Shown here: positions 39,638-52,400 of the stretch, piece after piece
Numbering within the stretch: position 1 is the first letter of the stretch
Layout: each line of letters starts with the position of its first letter
NCBI RefSeq assembly: GCF_020745735.1
Contig: NC_083420.1
Coordinates: 23,994,001 to 24,058,000, forward strand
From: Hemiscyllium ocellatum
Lineage: Eukaryota
DNA length: 64,000 bases
Reading direction: 5' to 3'
Made by a program: the position numbers and the translations under genes
Notes under the pieces: model-generated
Databases searched by the model: none
Seen by the model: the letters and a program-made list of their open reading frames with translations, nothing else
Told to the model about the DNA's origin: nothing

Positions 39638-40087
39638 CTAGATAGGAAAAGCAATAATCTGAATGTATGATAACCTAAAAATATCAAAAGAGCTGCTAAC
39701 ATTAAAACAAAACTAAAGTAAACACCTAGAGGCTGTTGGAATGGTTTCCTGTGGAAATTAGATCCTAAATTATTTTGGTTACTTCTGATCTGGTTGAATA
39801 AATTGTAACTGAGCACATCACTGTTATAATGAAGAACATTTAGAAAAACACAAGTGTTTTAAACACCAACGTGCTAAATTCAGATTTGAAAAATGCACTG
39901 GTTTGTTTCTTCCAGGCTCAGCAGAAAGCACTAACAGACTTGCATTTCTTTCACAACATCAGGTCATCCCATAGCATTTCAAAGTTAATTAAGTATTTCT
40001 GAAGTGTAGCTGTGAACAGTAATCGAAAGTCACCAAAAGACAAAAAAAAACATGGGTAACTATAACTTATGTTAATATGATACTTAC

Positions 40088-40145
40088 CCACCCCTACGAG
40101 AGCCATCCTTCCACTTGTAAAATTGTTTTGTACAAATTCGAGCAG
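40088..40145 (-). CDS. UQCRC2: UQCRC2 exon 8
   Basis: LLEFVQNNFTSGRMALVGV; 58 nt. Confidence 0.96.
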
Positions 40146-40248
40146 CTGTAGAGACATTGTATCAAGCACATTAGAGACCAACTTCAAAGCTTTTATTTCT
40201 TTTAAAAGATTTTCTTTCGATGGAAATGGTGTTGTGTTTTGTTCATAC

Positions 40249-40346
40249 CTGGTCTGCTGTATGCTGACCAACCATAAATCCAGGACAGTACAGAGGGTTG
40301 CTCAAGGCATTACGGTAAGCAGCTGAATGCAGATTCTCTAGAACAC
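40249..40346 (-). CDS. UQCRC2: UQCRC2 exon 7
   Basis: [21 protein letters not shown]; 98 nt. Confidence 0.96.
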
Positions 40347-41584
40347 CTACAAAAGAAAAATAATTCACAACTGCTTCCACAGCAAGAAAGCAGAATTGCT
40401 CATGAAGCAATCTATAGCAAGTAACATTCATCCCAACTGGCCTGCAGCAGTGTCAATACACCACAGGGTCTTTTTCTCACTTCAGTTCATAGTAACAATA
40501 TATCCTTCTGTTCTTTTCCTTATAGAGTCATACAGCACAGAAACAGACCCTTTGGTCCAACCAATCCACACTGACCATAATCCCAAACTAAACTAGTCCC
40601 AGCTGCCTGTGCTTGGCCCATATCCCTCCAAACTCCTCTTATTTATGTACTTATCCAAATGTCTTTTAAGCTTTGTAACTGCACCCGCATCCAACACTAC
40701 CTCTGGAAGTTTATTCTACACCTGCATCACCTTGTAAATAAGATACCTCACATCTTTCTCCTTTCACCTTAAAAATATGCTTCCAACTTTTGAAATACCC
40801 CACCCTAGGGAAAACATACCTTATCTGTACCCCTTATGATTTTAAAAACCTCTACAAAAGGTCACCCCTCAACCTCCTGTGCCCCAGTGGAAAAAGGTCC
40901 CAGCCTATCCAGCCTCTCTCTATACCTCAATGCTTCATATAACTTCTCCATAAAGTCAGTTTAACTATGGGCGACATTGTAGCTCTGTGCTAGGGCTTAG
41001 GTTCAATTCCACCTTTGGGTGGCTGCCTTTGTGGAGTTTGCATGTTCTCCCTGTGTCTATCTGGGTTTCCTCTGGATGTTCTGATTTCCTCCCAATGTCC
41101 AAACGTGTAGGTTAGGTGGATTAGCCATGGGAAATGTAAGTTATGGGATGAAGAGGACTGAAAGAAAAACGACTTTCCATCTGGGGTCTGGACTTTTCAC
41201 CTTAGGAATCATGCTAAATTATTTGTCCATCCGTTGTATAGTTGTTAAACCAGTTGACTTTTTTTTCTTAATTGTGATTGAAGGGGTTTTTGAAGGAGGG
41301 TCGTCTAAGTTGCATAAATTTGAAATCCTATTTTACTGCTGTTAATTCTACATGTTACAATGAATAGTTATTTTCTGTTACCGCAAGAAACCTGGTGTGA
41401 ATTGACTGCCACTCAGGCAAGGAAGAGTCAGGCAAATTGGTCATTTTGTGGTCTCGTTACAATTTTATATACTTAGTATTTTGTGACTTCTTTTGGAACA
41501 GTGGGACATGATTATTGATGTACCCTTTCTAGTTACTTCATGACATTTCAGAAAATATAGTTCATGAGAAGTGATGTGGTCATA

Positions 41585-42065
41585 CAGTAGGCAATTCAGA
41601 AGAAATTCATGAGATTGATTCGAGATGAGAGGCTTGTTTTATCAAGACAGATCGAGCAATTTAGACCTACAATCTCTAGAGTTGAGAAGATTGAGAGGAA
41701 ATGTAATTAAGGTATAGATGATGTGAAGGGGATTGACAAAGTAGATGTAGAAAGGATGCTTCCTCATGCGGGACAATCTAGAACGAAAGATCTAGTTTTA
41801 GAATAAGGGATAGCGGATTTAAAACAGGTGAGAAGAAACTACTTCTCTCAAAGTCTTAAATCTGCGGAATTCACTACTCCAGAGTAGTCGATGCTGGGAT
41901 ATTGAAATATTTGATGAGGAAATAGATTTTTTAAAAACAGTAATGGGTTATAGGATTATAAGAGCAGGCAGGAAAGCAGAGCTGAGGCCAAGATGGTATC
42001 AGCCAATATTGAAACAAATGCAGAGCAAGCTTGAAGGGCTGAATTGCCTATGCCCGCTCCAGTTC
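41585..42065 (+). mobile_element. CR1 LINE 3' fragment
   Basis: Decayed ORF2 C-terminus and GGGCTGAATTGCCTA-type 3' end. Confidence 0.65.
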
Positions 42066-42257
42066 CTTTGTGCTGCGAGGATAAGCAATGGAACTATGTT
42101 TAATGCCTCAATTTGCAAGGATCCTGATCTTTACTTGGCTGCCTCACTGAACAACTCACTCAGCAGGCAAAAAACATTGGCTTCAATGGTAATCTCAAAG
42201 CAGGTTTACAATGGGATTGATTTTCAAGTAACATCAGCTTTGGAGGCCAGCTCTCAC

Positions 42258-42382
42258 CTATTTGTGGATTCTGAAACGCGAGCACTCTATCAAGTTCCAG
42301 TCTTGGAGGGAGTTCTGATAGTTCCCATGTCCTGAACTCCTGGGCAGCAGTAACATTGATCAGATACTCCATTACAGTGTCA
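42258..42382 (-). CDS. UQCRC2: UQCRC2 exon 6
   Basis: DTVMEYLINVTAAQEFRTWE...AFQNPQI; 125 nt. Confidence 0.96.
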
Positions 42383-42968
42383 CTGAAGGGGAAAAGATTC
42401 AGTGGTTAGATATCAACAGCAATACGCATTCACATTCTTTTCTGCATAATGTGGGAAAATGTGCCAGGGAAGTCAGCAGGAGAGGACAAGTATAGAAAAA
42501 AATGAAAATCAAGTGTGGATGACTTCAGAGGAAGGGACTGGGGTTATGATAGATCCTTGTACAAATCCATAGATCATACTGTACTGCAAAAAAAAAATCA
42601 TCTACAAGGGACAGAAAGGGTTGGTACCAATTAGTACTAAACAGTCTGCCTAGTGCAAAGATAATTATCCAATATCAATGAGGATTTTGTTAAAATTTAA
42701 AGCAAAGTTAAACAAGTAGTTGCTAGTTCAATTAATAATTTTAAATCTAAGACTATCAGACTTTTGCTGGATAAGGGAATAAAAGGAAAGAGAATTGTGA
42801 CATATAGAGTTCAGTTACGCAGCCCATGATCTTACGGAATTGTGAAACAGGTTTGAAAGACTGAATGGCCTCCTCCCGTTCCTGTGCATCAACCAAGAAT
42901 GATGGGTGTATAAGCCCTAACCTTCAAAATAAACAAAAACCAGAGGCCACCTCTGGTGACATACTCAC

Positions 42969-43025
42969 ACATAGTCACGCATACATTCCACTGCATAGAT
43001 CATGTTTTCCCTTGTAGATGTCACA
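42969..43025 (-). CDS. UQCRC2: UQCRC2 exon 5
   Basis: VTSTRENMIYAVECMRDY; 57 nt. Confidence 0.96.
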
Positions 43026-44039
43026 CTGCAATAGTAGAAATGGTTATTAAATTCTGGATGAAATAGACTAAAATCAGCTGAGCTCAGAAAAGTCTTTGTA
43101 AACTTCTTTAAAACGGTTCTAGCAAATAATCAACCCAGTGCACAGCAACACAGGAAAACGCAAATAGAAGTGTAGAAAAATATGGTAAGGATTAAAAAGT
43201 TTGTTTTCAAGAACTGAGACCAGATAGGTCAGACATCTGAATATTCAACAAGTTTCTCACTTAAATTAAGGGTATTAAACTTGTCTTGCAATAGGATTTT
43301 CAGGAATTAAATATTCATATCGAGCCGAGTGGAGTCGGACTATTTTCTTAAACTTCAATGTTATGGGCCCAAAATCTAGGAGGTTGGGAGAAATCTCTTT
43401 TTTTTTAATCATTTACAGGATGAGGATATTGCTGGCTATGCAGCATTTATTGTTCATACCCAATTGCCAAGAGGGTACTTAAGAGTCAACTATGTTGCTG
43501 TGTGTCTGTAGACCAGACCAGGTAAGAATGATAGTTTTCTTCCCTAAATGACATTAGTGAACAGATGGTATTTTCAACAATTGACAATGAATTCATGGTC
43601 ATCATTAGATTCTTAATTCCAGACATTTACGGAATTCAAATTCTATCATCTGCCATTGCAGTATTCAAACCCGGGTCCCCAGAGCATTATCTAGATGTCT
43701 GGATTAAGAGTACAGCGATATACTAGTCCATTGCCTCCCTGTTGCTCAAATGAAATATTCTGGTGTGTGCCAGGTGAGATGACATTGCCCACTCTGAGCC
43801 AGTTCCCAGTGGATACGGCTTCGCAGCAGAAAAAGATTTGTCACTATAATTAAACACACAAGTTAGTTTGGAAAGGCAGTAAAAGATGGCACAGGGAAGA
43901 GTTCTGGAAATAGAACATATAGCTCGCAGTCACAGAGCATTTTGTTCTGTATCTGATCCATGCAAAATCTGACACTAAGGCCGGAAAAGAATAATTTGTA
44001 TTAACAGTGTCTTACGCAACCTCAGGACAAAAGTAATTT

Positions 44040-44385
44040 ACTGGAGATTAAACGTGTTTTGAAGTGTAGTTGTGTTGATGAGAATAGGGCAACCAAACTG
44101 CCTACAGAAGTCCCATAAACAGCAATGAGATAATAATATAATGTCTCTGAATATACCATGAGAACTTCTATGCTCCTCTCTGAAGAGTATTATGGAATCT
44201 TTTATGCCCAACTCAAATGAGGCCTCAGTCAATGTTCTACCCAAAAGGCTGCCTCAGACAATCCAGCATTGTCTTACGGCTATACTGGGAATGTCAGTCA
44301 GCAATGTGTTTAAATCTCTGGACTGTGACTTGAATTTATAATTTTTGGACTTTGAGGCAAGAATGCTGTACACAGAGCTAAGACT
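44040..44385 (-). mobile_element. Old Deu-domain SINE
   Basis: Decayed tRNA-like head, Deu-type core and L2-like tail on minus strand. Confidence 0.5.
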
Positions 44386-44493
44386 ACCTGCTTTTGAGCC
44401 AGTGGGGAAAAGTGACACATTCCCGACATGAATATTTTTCACCATACTGATTACACATTAAGCAGAATAAATATATATAACAAGTACACTTAC

Positions 44494-44558
44494 CTCAGAC
44501 TGCCTCCAACAGCTTCTATGCCACGGGTTATTCTGAATGATGAGGCTCCCTTTGTTGT
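44494..44558 (-). CDS. UQCRC2: UQCRC2 exon 4
   Basis: TTKGASSFRITRGIEAVGGSL; 65 nt. Confidence 0.97.
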
Positions 44559-45403
44559 CTATAACACAAAAACTTTTGTTAAAGATCATGGTTTCTAACA
44601 GTTCTGTATTCTAAAGAACAAATTGAAAATGTAATTTTTAAAGTGGCTTCAATATTAATTTCTATTAAAAGTACATTAAGAGATGCAAGCAAGGCAATTG
44701 GAGAATTCAGCATGGCCAGTGAAATTATCCTTTATTGGGGAACAACAGATAGCAACAATATGCTGTATAGAGGGTAATGCATTGCCACATTTATGCTTCA
44801 AGACAGTAATAAGAAATTTGAGAAGTTAACTAATGTATCTTGATTTCAAATTATATTGTTGCCTGTGAACATGTCCCTCTTTCTCTCTGTTACGGCAGGT
44901 AGAAACTTAATTTTATTTCATTAATGGCACTGACAAAGTCAGCCAGGAATCCAACCCTTAAATGACATCCCAGGAATTTCCACTTGCGATCAATACCCAG
45001 TGATTATTGCTGTTGTTATCAAAAAGAGTTAATTCATTATCCAGAATCACACTCCAAGAGATGGCCACCAAGGTGATAAGCCAGAGAACTGTCAGCATCA
45101 ACTGAATCATTTTCTAGCAGGAGTAAGATATCAAGGTGAGAAAGAGGGAAAATAGATGTGTAAAGTTGGGGATGAGGTAAATGTGCCCTTGCAACATCAA
45201 GGAACAGACTTTATCCACTCAAATGTAACTGCAAACAGTTCAGTTCAATTAGAATATTTATAACAATCTACACACTGAGGATGATGAGAACAATTACAAA
45301 TTTATCTGGGATTTAAAATAAAGCAAGAAAGAAATCTTGAAAGAGTGTTGCAGTTGTGAAGAGTTATTCAAAGTGGTAAGACTTCCATTAAAATGTTACT
45401 CAC

Positions 45404-45553
45404 CAGGTTTGCTGCCAGACGAAGGGTATGAGTGATGCCCAAGTTACTGGCACTCTCATACCTGCTTCCTGCTTTTATAAAGACTCCAATCTTTGAGGTT
45501 GGTGAGTAATTCTCCAGAGAAGCAATTACTAATCCATTTGGCAATTTAGACAC
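45404..45553 (-). CDS. UQCRC2: UQCRC2 exon 3
   Basis: [33 protein letters not shown]; M16 peptidase-like N-terminus; 150 nt. Confidence 0.97.
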
Positions 45554-47370
45554 CTGCAGAAGAAAAATGGAGTTCCTCCAAAAAGGCTTGACCATATGAT
45601 TAAATTTAAATTGTTTAACTTGATAAAAAGTACAGACCTTCCATCTAACATCCTGTCATGATTTTTGGGTCACACTTTTATCTCAATAGTTAGTAGTAAG
45701 GTTACCTGAAGTTATAATTGAACTGTCCGACAAACAGGTTCTGGTGCAATGATAGTCTGAAGTTGAACCACTAGGTGGTATTCCAATCTCATAACAGTCA
45801 CAAAGTAGTAGTTAACAGTAGTAAACTCGTCAACTTTAAGGACATTTAAATGGTCATTGGATAGACATATGGACGAAAATGGAATACTATAGGTTAAATG
45901 GGCTTCAGATTTGTTTCACAGGTCGGTGCAACATAGGGCCAAAGAGCCTGTGCTGCGCTGTACTGTCACATGTTCCATGTTCTAAGTAAAAGTAAAGTCG
46001 CCACACTTCCAATTGCTGTCTCATTAGAGAGAGACGATTAATGGTGAGTCACCATATCTCAGGTGAGGGACAAAGTTGAGAAGACTGGATCTTTAGGGTC
46101 AGTTAGCTCAATTGGATGGACAACTGGTTTACGAAGGAGCATGATATCAACAGCACAGGTTCAATTCCCATTCGCAGTCATAACAGTCAAGTTTATTAAT
46201 TGGACAGTAAAATAAACATGGATCAAGGGATCTGTGCACATAATCTTGGCTGACATCTTTGGATAATATTGAAGGAATACTGAACAATTGGAAATGCTGT
46301 CCTTTTGATGACACTGAGGCCTCAATTACTAACTCAAAGAAGAACTGGAAAGATTTCCCAAAGGCCTGACCACTGCCAACAAACAGAATATCTGATCATT
46401 CATTTCACTGCTGTTTGTGGGACCTTGTTATGCACAAACTGGTTATTACGTGTTCTTACATTACAACAACAATTACAATTCAAAAGGAAATTCACTAGAT
46501 CTATAGTACTTTTGGCCAACTTGAGGACAAGAAAGTGCAATTAAATGATCATGACAGGTAGATAATCCCTTTGTAATATAACAAAGAACATTGGACACTT
46601 GGAGATCCAACATAAAAACAAAGATTACTGGTGAAACTCAGGTCATCTGGCAGCATGAGGTTAGAGGTCAAATGACATCTGTGTTGAACCTCAGAAGATG
46701 GGACAGATATTAACTAAATTTTTGCAACAGTTTTTATGTCAAGAAAGAAATGGAGGCTGGCAAGCTCAGGAAAATAAAATTTTGATGTTTTGAAAACCGT
46801 TTACAAAATTGAAAATCAAATCTGAGAATTTCTGATCTAGAGATTCAGTTATTCAACAAGTTGATGCATTGTCCCCCTTCCCTCTCAGTCGAAGCAAAGT
46901 GCTCAGATACATCGTATAGTTTTACCTCCATTTATTCTGGGCCCTCCAGGAAGACAGAATGATCGCTCATGTCCGAAGAGACATGCATTCAGAGTCTTCT
47001 CTGGAACAGCAGTTTTTCAATGAACTATGTAGTCATTTTACAGGGAGGAGCATCCGGATAAGGCAACATATGTATTGACTGGGTGACTGCCAAAATCAGC
47101 AAGTGTCAATAGTAAAGATTAAGCCATCTGCTGTTACACAATGAATAACTGGCTTCACGTAATAAATACTTTTCACTTTGTTAACTGATGTTACATATTG
47201 AATGCTACCACATCTTGTTAAATGGCTCTACATAACGACTGCTTTTCCACCTTGTTAACCCATTACCCTTGCCTCCAGCACCCCATCGTTAACTGCAAGA
47301 TCTTATCTGATTTGAGTCATGCTCAGCTGAACTTCTTATTTCAGAAAACTCAGAAATAAAGTCTTTCCCT

Positions 47371-47616
47371 ATATAAAAGCAAATTACTGCGGATGCTGGA
47401 ATCTGAAACCAAAAGAGAAAATGCTGGAAAATCTCAGCAGGTCTGGTAGCATCTGTAAGGTGAGAAAAGAGCTGATGTTTTGAGTCTAACTGACCCTTTG
47501 TCAAAGCTGTGTCAGCTTTGACAAAGGGTCAGTTAGACTCGAAACGTCAGCTCTTTTCTCTCCTTACAGATGCTGCCAGACCTGCTGAGATTTTCCAGCA
47601 TTTTCTCTTTTGGTTT
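47371..47616. mobile_element. Young Penelope-derived fold-back element with 12-bp TSD
   Basis: 104-bp arms 47406-47509 and 47513-47616 with 4 mismatches; AAGTCTTTCCCT on both sides. Confidence 0.88.
47514..47552 (+). ncRNA. Minimal hammerhead ribozyme motif, U3-A8 variant
   Basis: AGCU-UUGACAA-A-GGGUC-AGUUA-GACUC-GAAAC-GUC-AGCU. Confidence 0.6.
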
Positions 47617-47961
47617 AAGTCTTTCCCTGCCTGCTTATACCCGATACACATTTCAGAAGAACTGATCCAAAGCATCTTAGTTTTGCTTTACTTGTGTCTT
47701 GTGAATGGCAATCAAGAGAGCTGGAAGTGTTCAGGAACTGTCAATATTCTTAAACAGGATACCAAATGCACATAATACAGGAAGTGCAGACTACAAACAA
47801 TCTCAATGTTCTGCTGCACACTTATTATTGGACATCTCTGCGGACATTATCTGGGGGAAATCTTCTCAAAGTGACATAAAGCCTTGGTACCAAAGAAAGA
47901 TTTGTTCAAAACAATGATCAAGGTGAAATCATACTTACGACAAAGACTTGTGTTCACTGAC

Positions 47962-48051
47962 CTGTAGTTCCTGTGCCGGAAGGTGTTGTTTCTCTGCAGA
48001 TGCTGCAAACTCATACTTAGGTGCAACTTTGAGCGAATAAAACCTCTTTGC
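47962..48051 (-). CDS. UQCRC2: UQCRC2 exon 2
   Basis: AKRFYSLKVAPKYEF...AQELQ; TTTCAG| and CAG|GTCAGT; 90 nt. Confidence 0.93.
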
Positions 48052-48559
48052 CTGAAATCAAAAATTCACATGAATATCAACAATCGATTGAAATGTTTCA
48101 GAAAGATCACCGCACCTCTCCTAGATACCTGGGAAAATGGTTTGCACTCTCTCATATCTCATGATTAGAAGATAATTCCTACTCCAAACTGGTGGTTTTA
48201 CTGATTAAAACCTATAATATGCTTCTACAAAAGGAAAATATTATAGATGCTGCAATAACAAAAATTCAGCGTATACTCAACAGATGTGGCAACATCTTTG
48301 AAAAGAGGAAGATAATATTATCATGACCCTTTTGCCTTGCATAGATTAACTGATAAAACGAATGCTATGATGTAAAATGTCTTCCATTTTGTCTCATACC
48401 CTCTTTTCTGTTCTTCCAACTATTGTCTACCTCAGTACACACGTAAAACCTGTTACATTTCTAACTCTTACCCAGCTCTGTCAAAAGACCATTGACGTGA
48501 AACATTCCTCTCGCCATAGGTGCTGCCTGACCTGCTCAGTGTTTCCAGTTTATTTAGTC

Positions 48560-49075
48560 AGAGATATACAGCATGGAAACAGACCCTTTGGTCCAACTTG
48601 TCTAAACCAACCAGATCTCCTAAACTGATAGTTCCATTTGCCAGCATTTGGCACACATCCCTCTGAACCTTCCCTGTTCATGTACCCATCCAGATGTCTT
48701 TTAAATGTGAATATATACACCTCCACTAACAGGTGCTTCCATACTCCACCACCTTCTGCGTGAAGAAGTTGCCCTTCAGGTCCCTTTTAAATCTTTCCCC
48801 TCTCACCTTAAACCCAAGCCCTTTTCCCTCTTTTGGACTCCCCTACACTAGCTATTCACCTTATCTATGCTCCTCATGATTTTATAAACCTCTCAAGTCA
48901 CCTTTCAGCCTCTCATGCTCCAGAGAACAAGCCCCAGCCTAATCAGCCTCTCCCTATAGCTCAAGCCCTCCAATCCCTGCAACATCCTCCAGAATCTTTT
49001 CTAAACTCACTCAATTTAACATCCTTCCTATAGCAGGGAGACCAGAATTGCACACAGCATTCTCAAAGTGGCTTA
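48560..49075 (-). mobile_element. CR1 LINE 3' fragment
   Basis: Same 3' UTR as other CR1 copies in the window. Confidence 0.75.
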
Positions 49076-49208
49076 ATTTTGAATGGTTCATAGTTAGCAT
49101 AAAATATAGATTGTATAAATTACTACTCAATAGAGCTCAGTTATTCCTCTTCAGCTTGGCCCATACTGGAAGATGGGCGATCATCTGTTCAACTCTGAGT
49201 AACAAGTA

Positions 49209-49408
49209 GCTGAAAATGTGTTGCTGGAAAAGCGCAACAGGTCAGGCAGCATCCAAGGAGCAGGAGAGTCGACGTTTGAGCATGAGTCCTTCTTCAGGCT
49301 CATGCCCGAAACGTCGACTCTCCTGCTCCTTGGATGCTGCCTGACCTGCTGCGCTTTTCCAGCAACACACTTTCAGCTCTGATCTCCAGCATCTGCAGTC
49401 CTCACTTT
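49209..49408. mobile_element. Penelope pLTR fold-back element with 16-bp TSD
   Basis: ~80-bp inverted arms; CTCTGAGTAACAAGTA at 49193 and 49409. Confidence 0.88.
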
Positions 49409-49444
49409 CTCTGAGTAACAAGTAACCAGGGATAGTTCGTATCT

Positions 49445-52400
49445 GACCTCAATTCTCCTCTGCAGTGCAGACCTCATCAGAAAAACTCAATGCAGCATAC
49501 ACCGTGGTACAATCAGAGGCTATGGGAATCATGGATAACATATTCAATATGTTGGTCACACTGCAGATAAAAATTCCTGAAGGTAGGGAATGGGTGACCA
49601 ACAGACAGAAGAAGAGTAGGAAGGTAGTGCAGAGGCCCCCTGCAGTCATCTCCCTCCAAATCAGGTATACCATTTTGGATACTGTTGGGGACAGCAGCAG
49701 CAGCCAAGTTCATGGCACCGTGGCTGCACAGAAAGGCAGGAAAAAAATGGAGTGACAGCGCTATAATGATAGGGGATTCAACTGTATGAGGAACAGATAG
49801 GAGAGCCTAGGATGGTATGTTGCATCCCTGGTGCAAGCATCAAGGGTGTCTCAGGTTGCAGGATACTCTGGAGGGGGTGGGTGAACAGCCAGCTGTTGTT
49901 GTGCATAAAGGCACCAACCAAATAGGTTAAAAAAATGGGATGGTGATGTCCTATGAACTGAATTATTTAGGGAGTTAGGAGTTAAACTAAAAAGTAGGAT
50001 CTCAAAAAGTAGTAATCTCAGAATTACGACCAGAAATGTGCTAATCAGAGTAGGAATAGCACAACAGCTAAACTGATTACATGTCTTGAAGGATGGTACA
50101 AGAGGGAAGGTTTCAAATTCTTGGGATTGGAACTGGCTCTAGGGAGCCGTGACCAGTAAAACTAGAGGGTCTGCACCTGGCTAGGACTGGAACCAATGTC
50201 CAAGGGGGGAATGTTTGCTAGTGCTGTCGGGAGGGTTTAAACTAATACAGCAAAGGGATGGGAACCAACATAGGAAGTCAGAGTGAAGTAAAGTGGGGAC
50301 AGAAACAAAGGACACTTAGGGGAAAAGTGAAAGTGGAAGGCAGAGAAACCAAAGACAAAAATCAAAAAGGGCTACATTTCATAATGATTCTAACAGGGCA
50401 ATAAATGCCATTTAAAGAAAAATACCTTGAAGGCTGTCTCAGTGCAAGCAGCATTTGTAATAAAGGTGAACGAATTAACTATGGAAAAGTTTTTTTTTAA
50501 GATTAGATTAGATTACTTACAGTGTGGAAACAGGCCCTTCGGCCCAACAAGTCCACACCAACCCGCCGAAGTGAAACCCACCCATACACCTACATTTGCC
50601 CCTTACCTAGCACTCCGGGCAATTTAGCATGGCCAATTCACCTGACCTGCACATCTTTGGACTGTGGGAGGAAACCGGAGCACCCGGAGGAAACCCACAC
50701 AGACACGGGGAGAACGTGCAAACTCCACACAGTCAGTCGCCTGAGGTGGGAATTGAACCCGGATCTCTGGCGCCGAGAGGCAGTGCTAACCACTGTGCCA
50801 CCCACCAATTAATGGATATGATGTAACTGATCACAGATCTGGCTCCAGGGTGAACAAGCATGAGAATTCAACTTGCAGGGTTATACAATTTTCAGGAAAG
50901 ATAAACAGAAAGGAAAGGGAAGGGAAGTGGGGAAGCGTTGCTGGTGAAAGAGGACATTAACACAATAGTAAGGGAGGACATTAACCTGGAAGATGTGGAA
51001 TCAGTGGAGCTGCGGAACACCAAAGAGAAAAGACATTAGTGTACAGACCAAACAGTTGCGATGTTAGGGATTGTATCAAACAGAAAATTAGAGATGCATT
51101 CAGTAAGAGTACAACAGTTATCATAGTTGACTTCAATATGGTAGAATTCTTCATTAAGATGAAGTGTGATAAATAAGTCTGAAACTCAAGTCCTTAAAGA
51201 AATGTGGATGCTGTAAATCAGATACACAAACAGAAATTGCTAGAAAAGCTCAATCTGAGAAAGCGTCACTAATTTCTCTTCACAGATGATGCCAGACCTG
51301 CTGAGGCTTTCCAGCAACTTCTGTTATTGTTAAAGAAAGCTAACTTTGATGACGTGAGGCATGCACTGGCTAGGATAAGCTGGCCAAGGATCCTTAAGGG
51401 GTTGGCGGTGGATAGGCAATGGCAGACATTTAAAAAACTTCAAAAATTGTACTTCTCTAACTGGCATAAGAGTAAAACAGAAGGTAATTCACCATGGTTA
51501 ACAAGGGAAATCAGGGAGAGCATGAAAGCCAAAGAGGAGACATATAAATTGGCTAGAAAAATCAGCAAACCTGAGGGCTGGGAGAAAGTTACAATTCAGC
51601 AGACGAGAACAAAGGGTTTAATTCAGAAAGGGAAAATAGAATATGAAAGCAAGCTCATGGAAAACAAAAACTGATTGCAAAAGCTTCTATAGATATATGA
51701 AGTCAAAAAGACTGAATTCATAATGGACAGAAAGATAGCAGACCAGTTGAACAAAAACTTTGGATCGGACTTCACTAAGGAGGACACAAATAACCTTCTG
51801 GAAATGCTAGGTAACAGAGGGTCAAGCATGAAGGAGGAACTGAAGGAAATCCTTATTAGTCAGGAACTGGAATTGAGGAAATTGATGGGATTAAAACCCG
51901 ATAAGTCCCCAGGGCCTGATATTCCGCATCCCAGAGTGCTTAAGTGGCCCCTGAAATAGCAGATGCATTGGCGATCATTTTCCAGCATTCTGTAGACTCT
52001 TGAAGAGTTCCAATGGACTGCAAGGTAGCTAATGTAACCCCATGCATTTAAAATAAAAGAGGGAGAGTGAAAATGGGAAATTATAGACTGGTTAGCCTGA
52101 CACAGGTGTTGAGTACAATGCTGGAGTCAGTTAAGAATGTAATAAGTGAGCATTTGGAAAGTGGTGACAGAATCAGTCCTAGGCAGCATGGCTTCACGGA
52201 AGGCAAATCGGTTTGACAAATCTCCTAGAATGTTTTGAGAATGTGACCAGTAGAGTGGACAAGGGTGAATCACTGGATATTGTATATCTGGACTGTCAGC
52301 AGGCTTTTGACAAGGTTCCACACAAGAGATTAGTAAGGAAAATGAAAGCTCATGGTATCGGAGGTAATGTATTGACATGGATAGAGAACTGGTTAACAGA

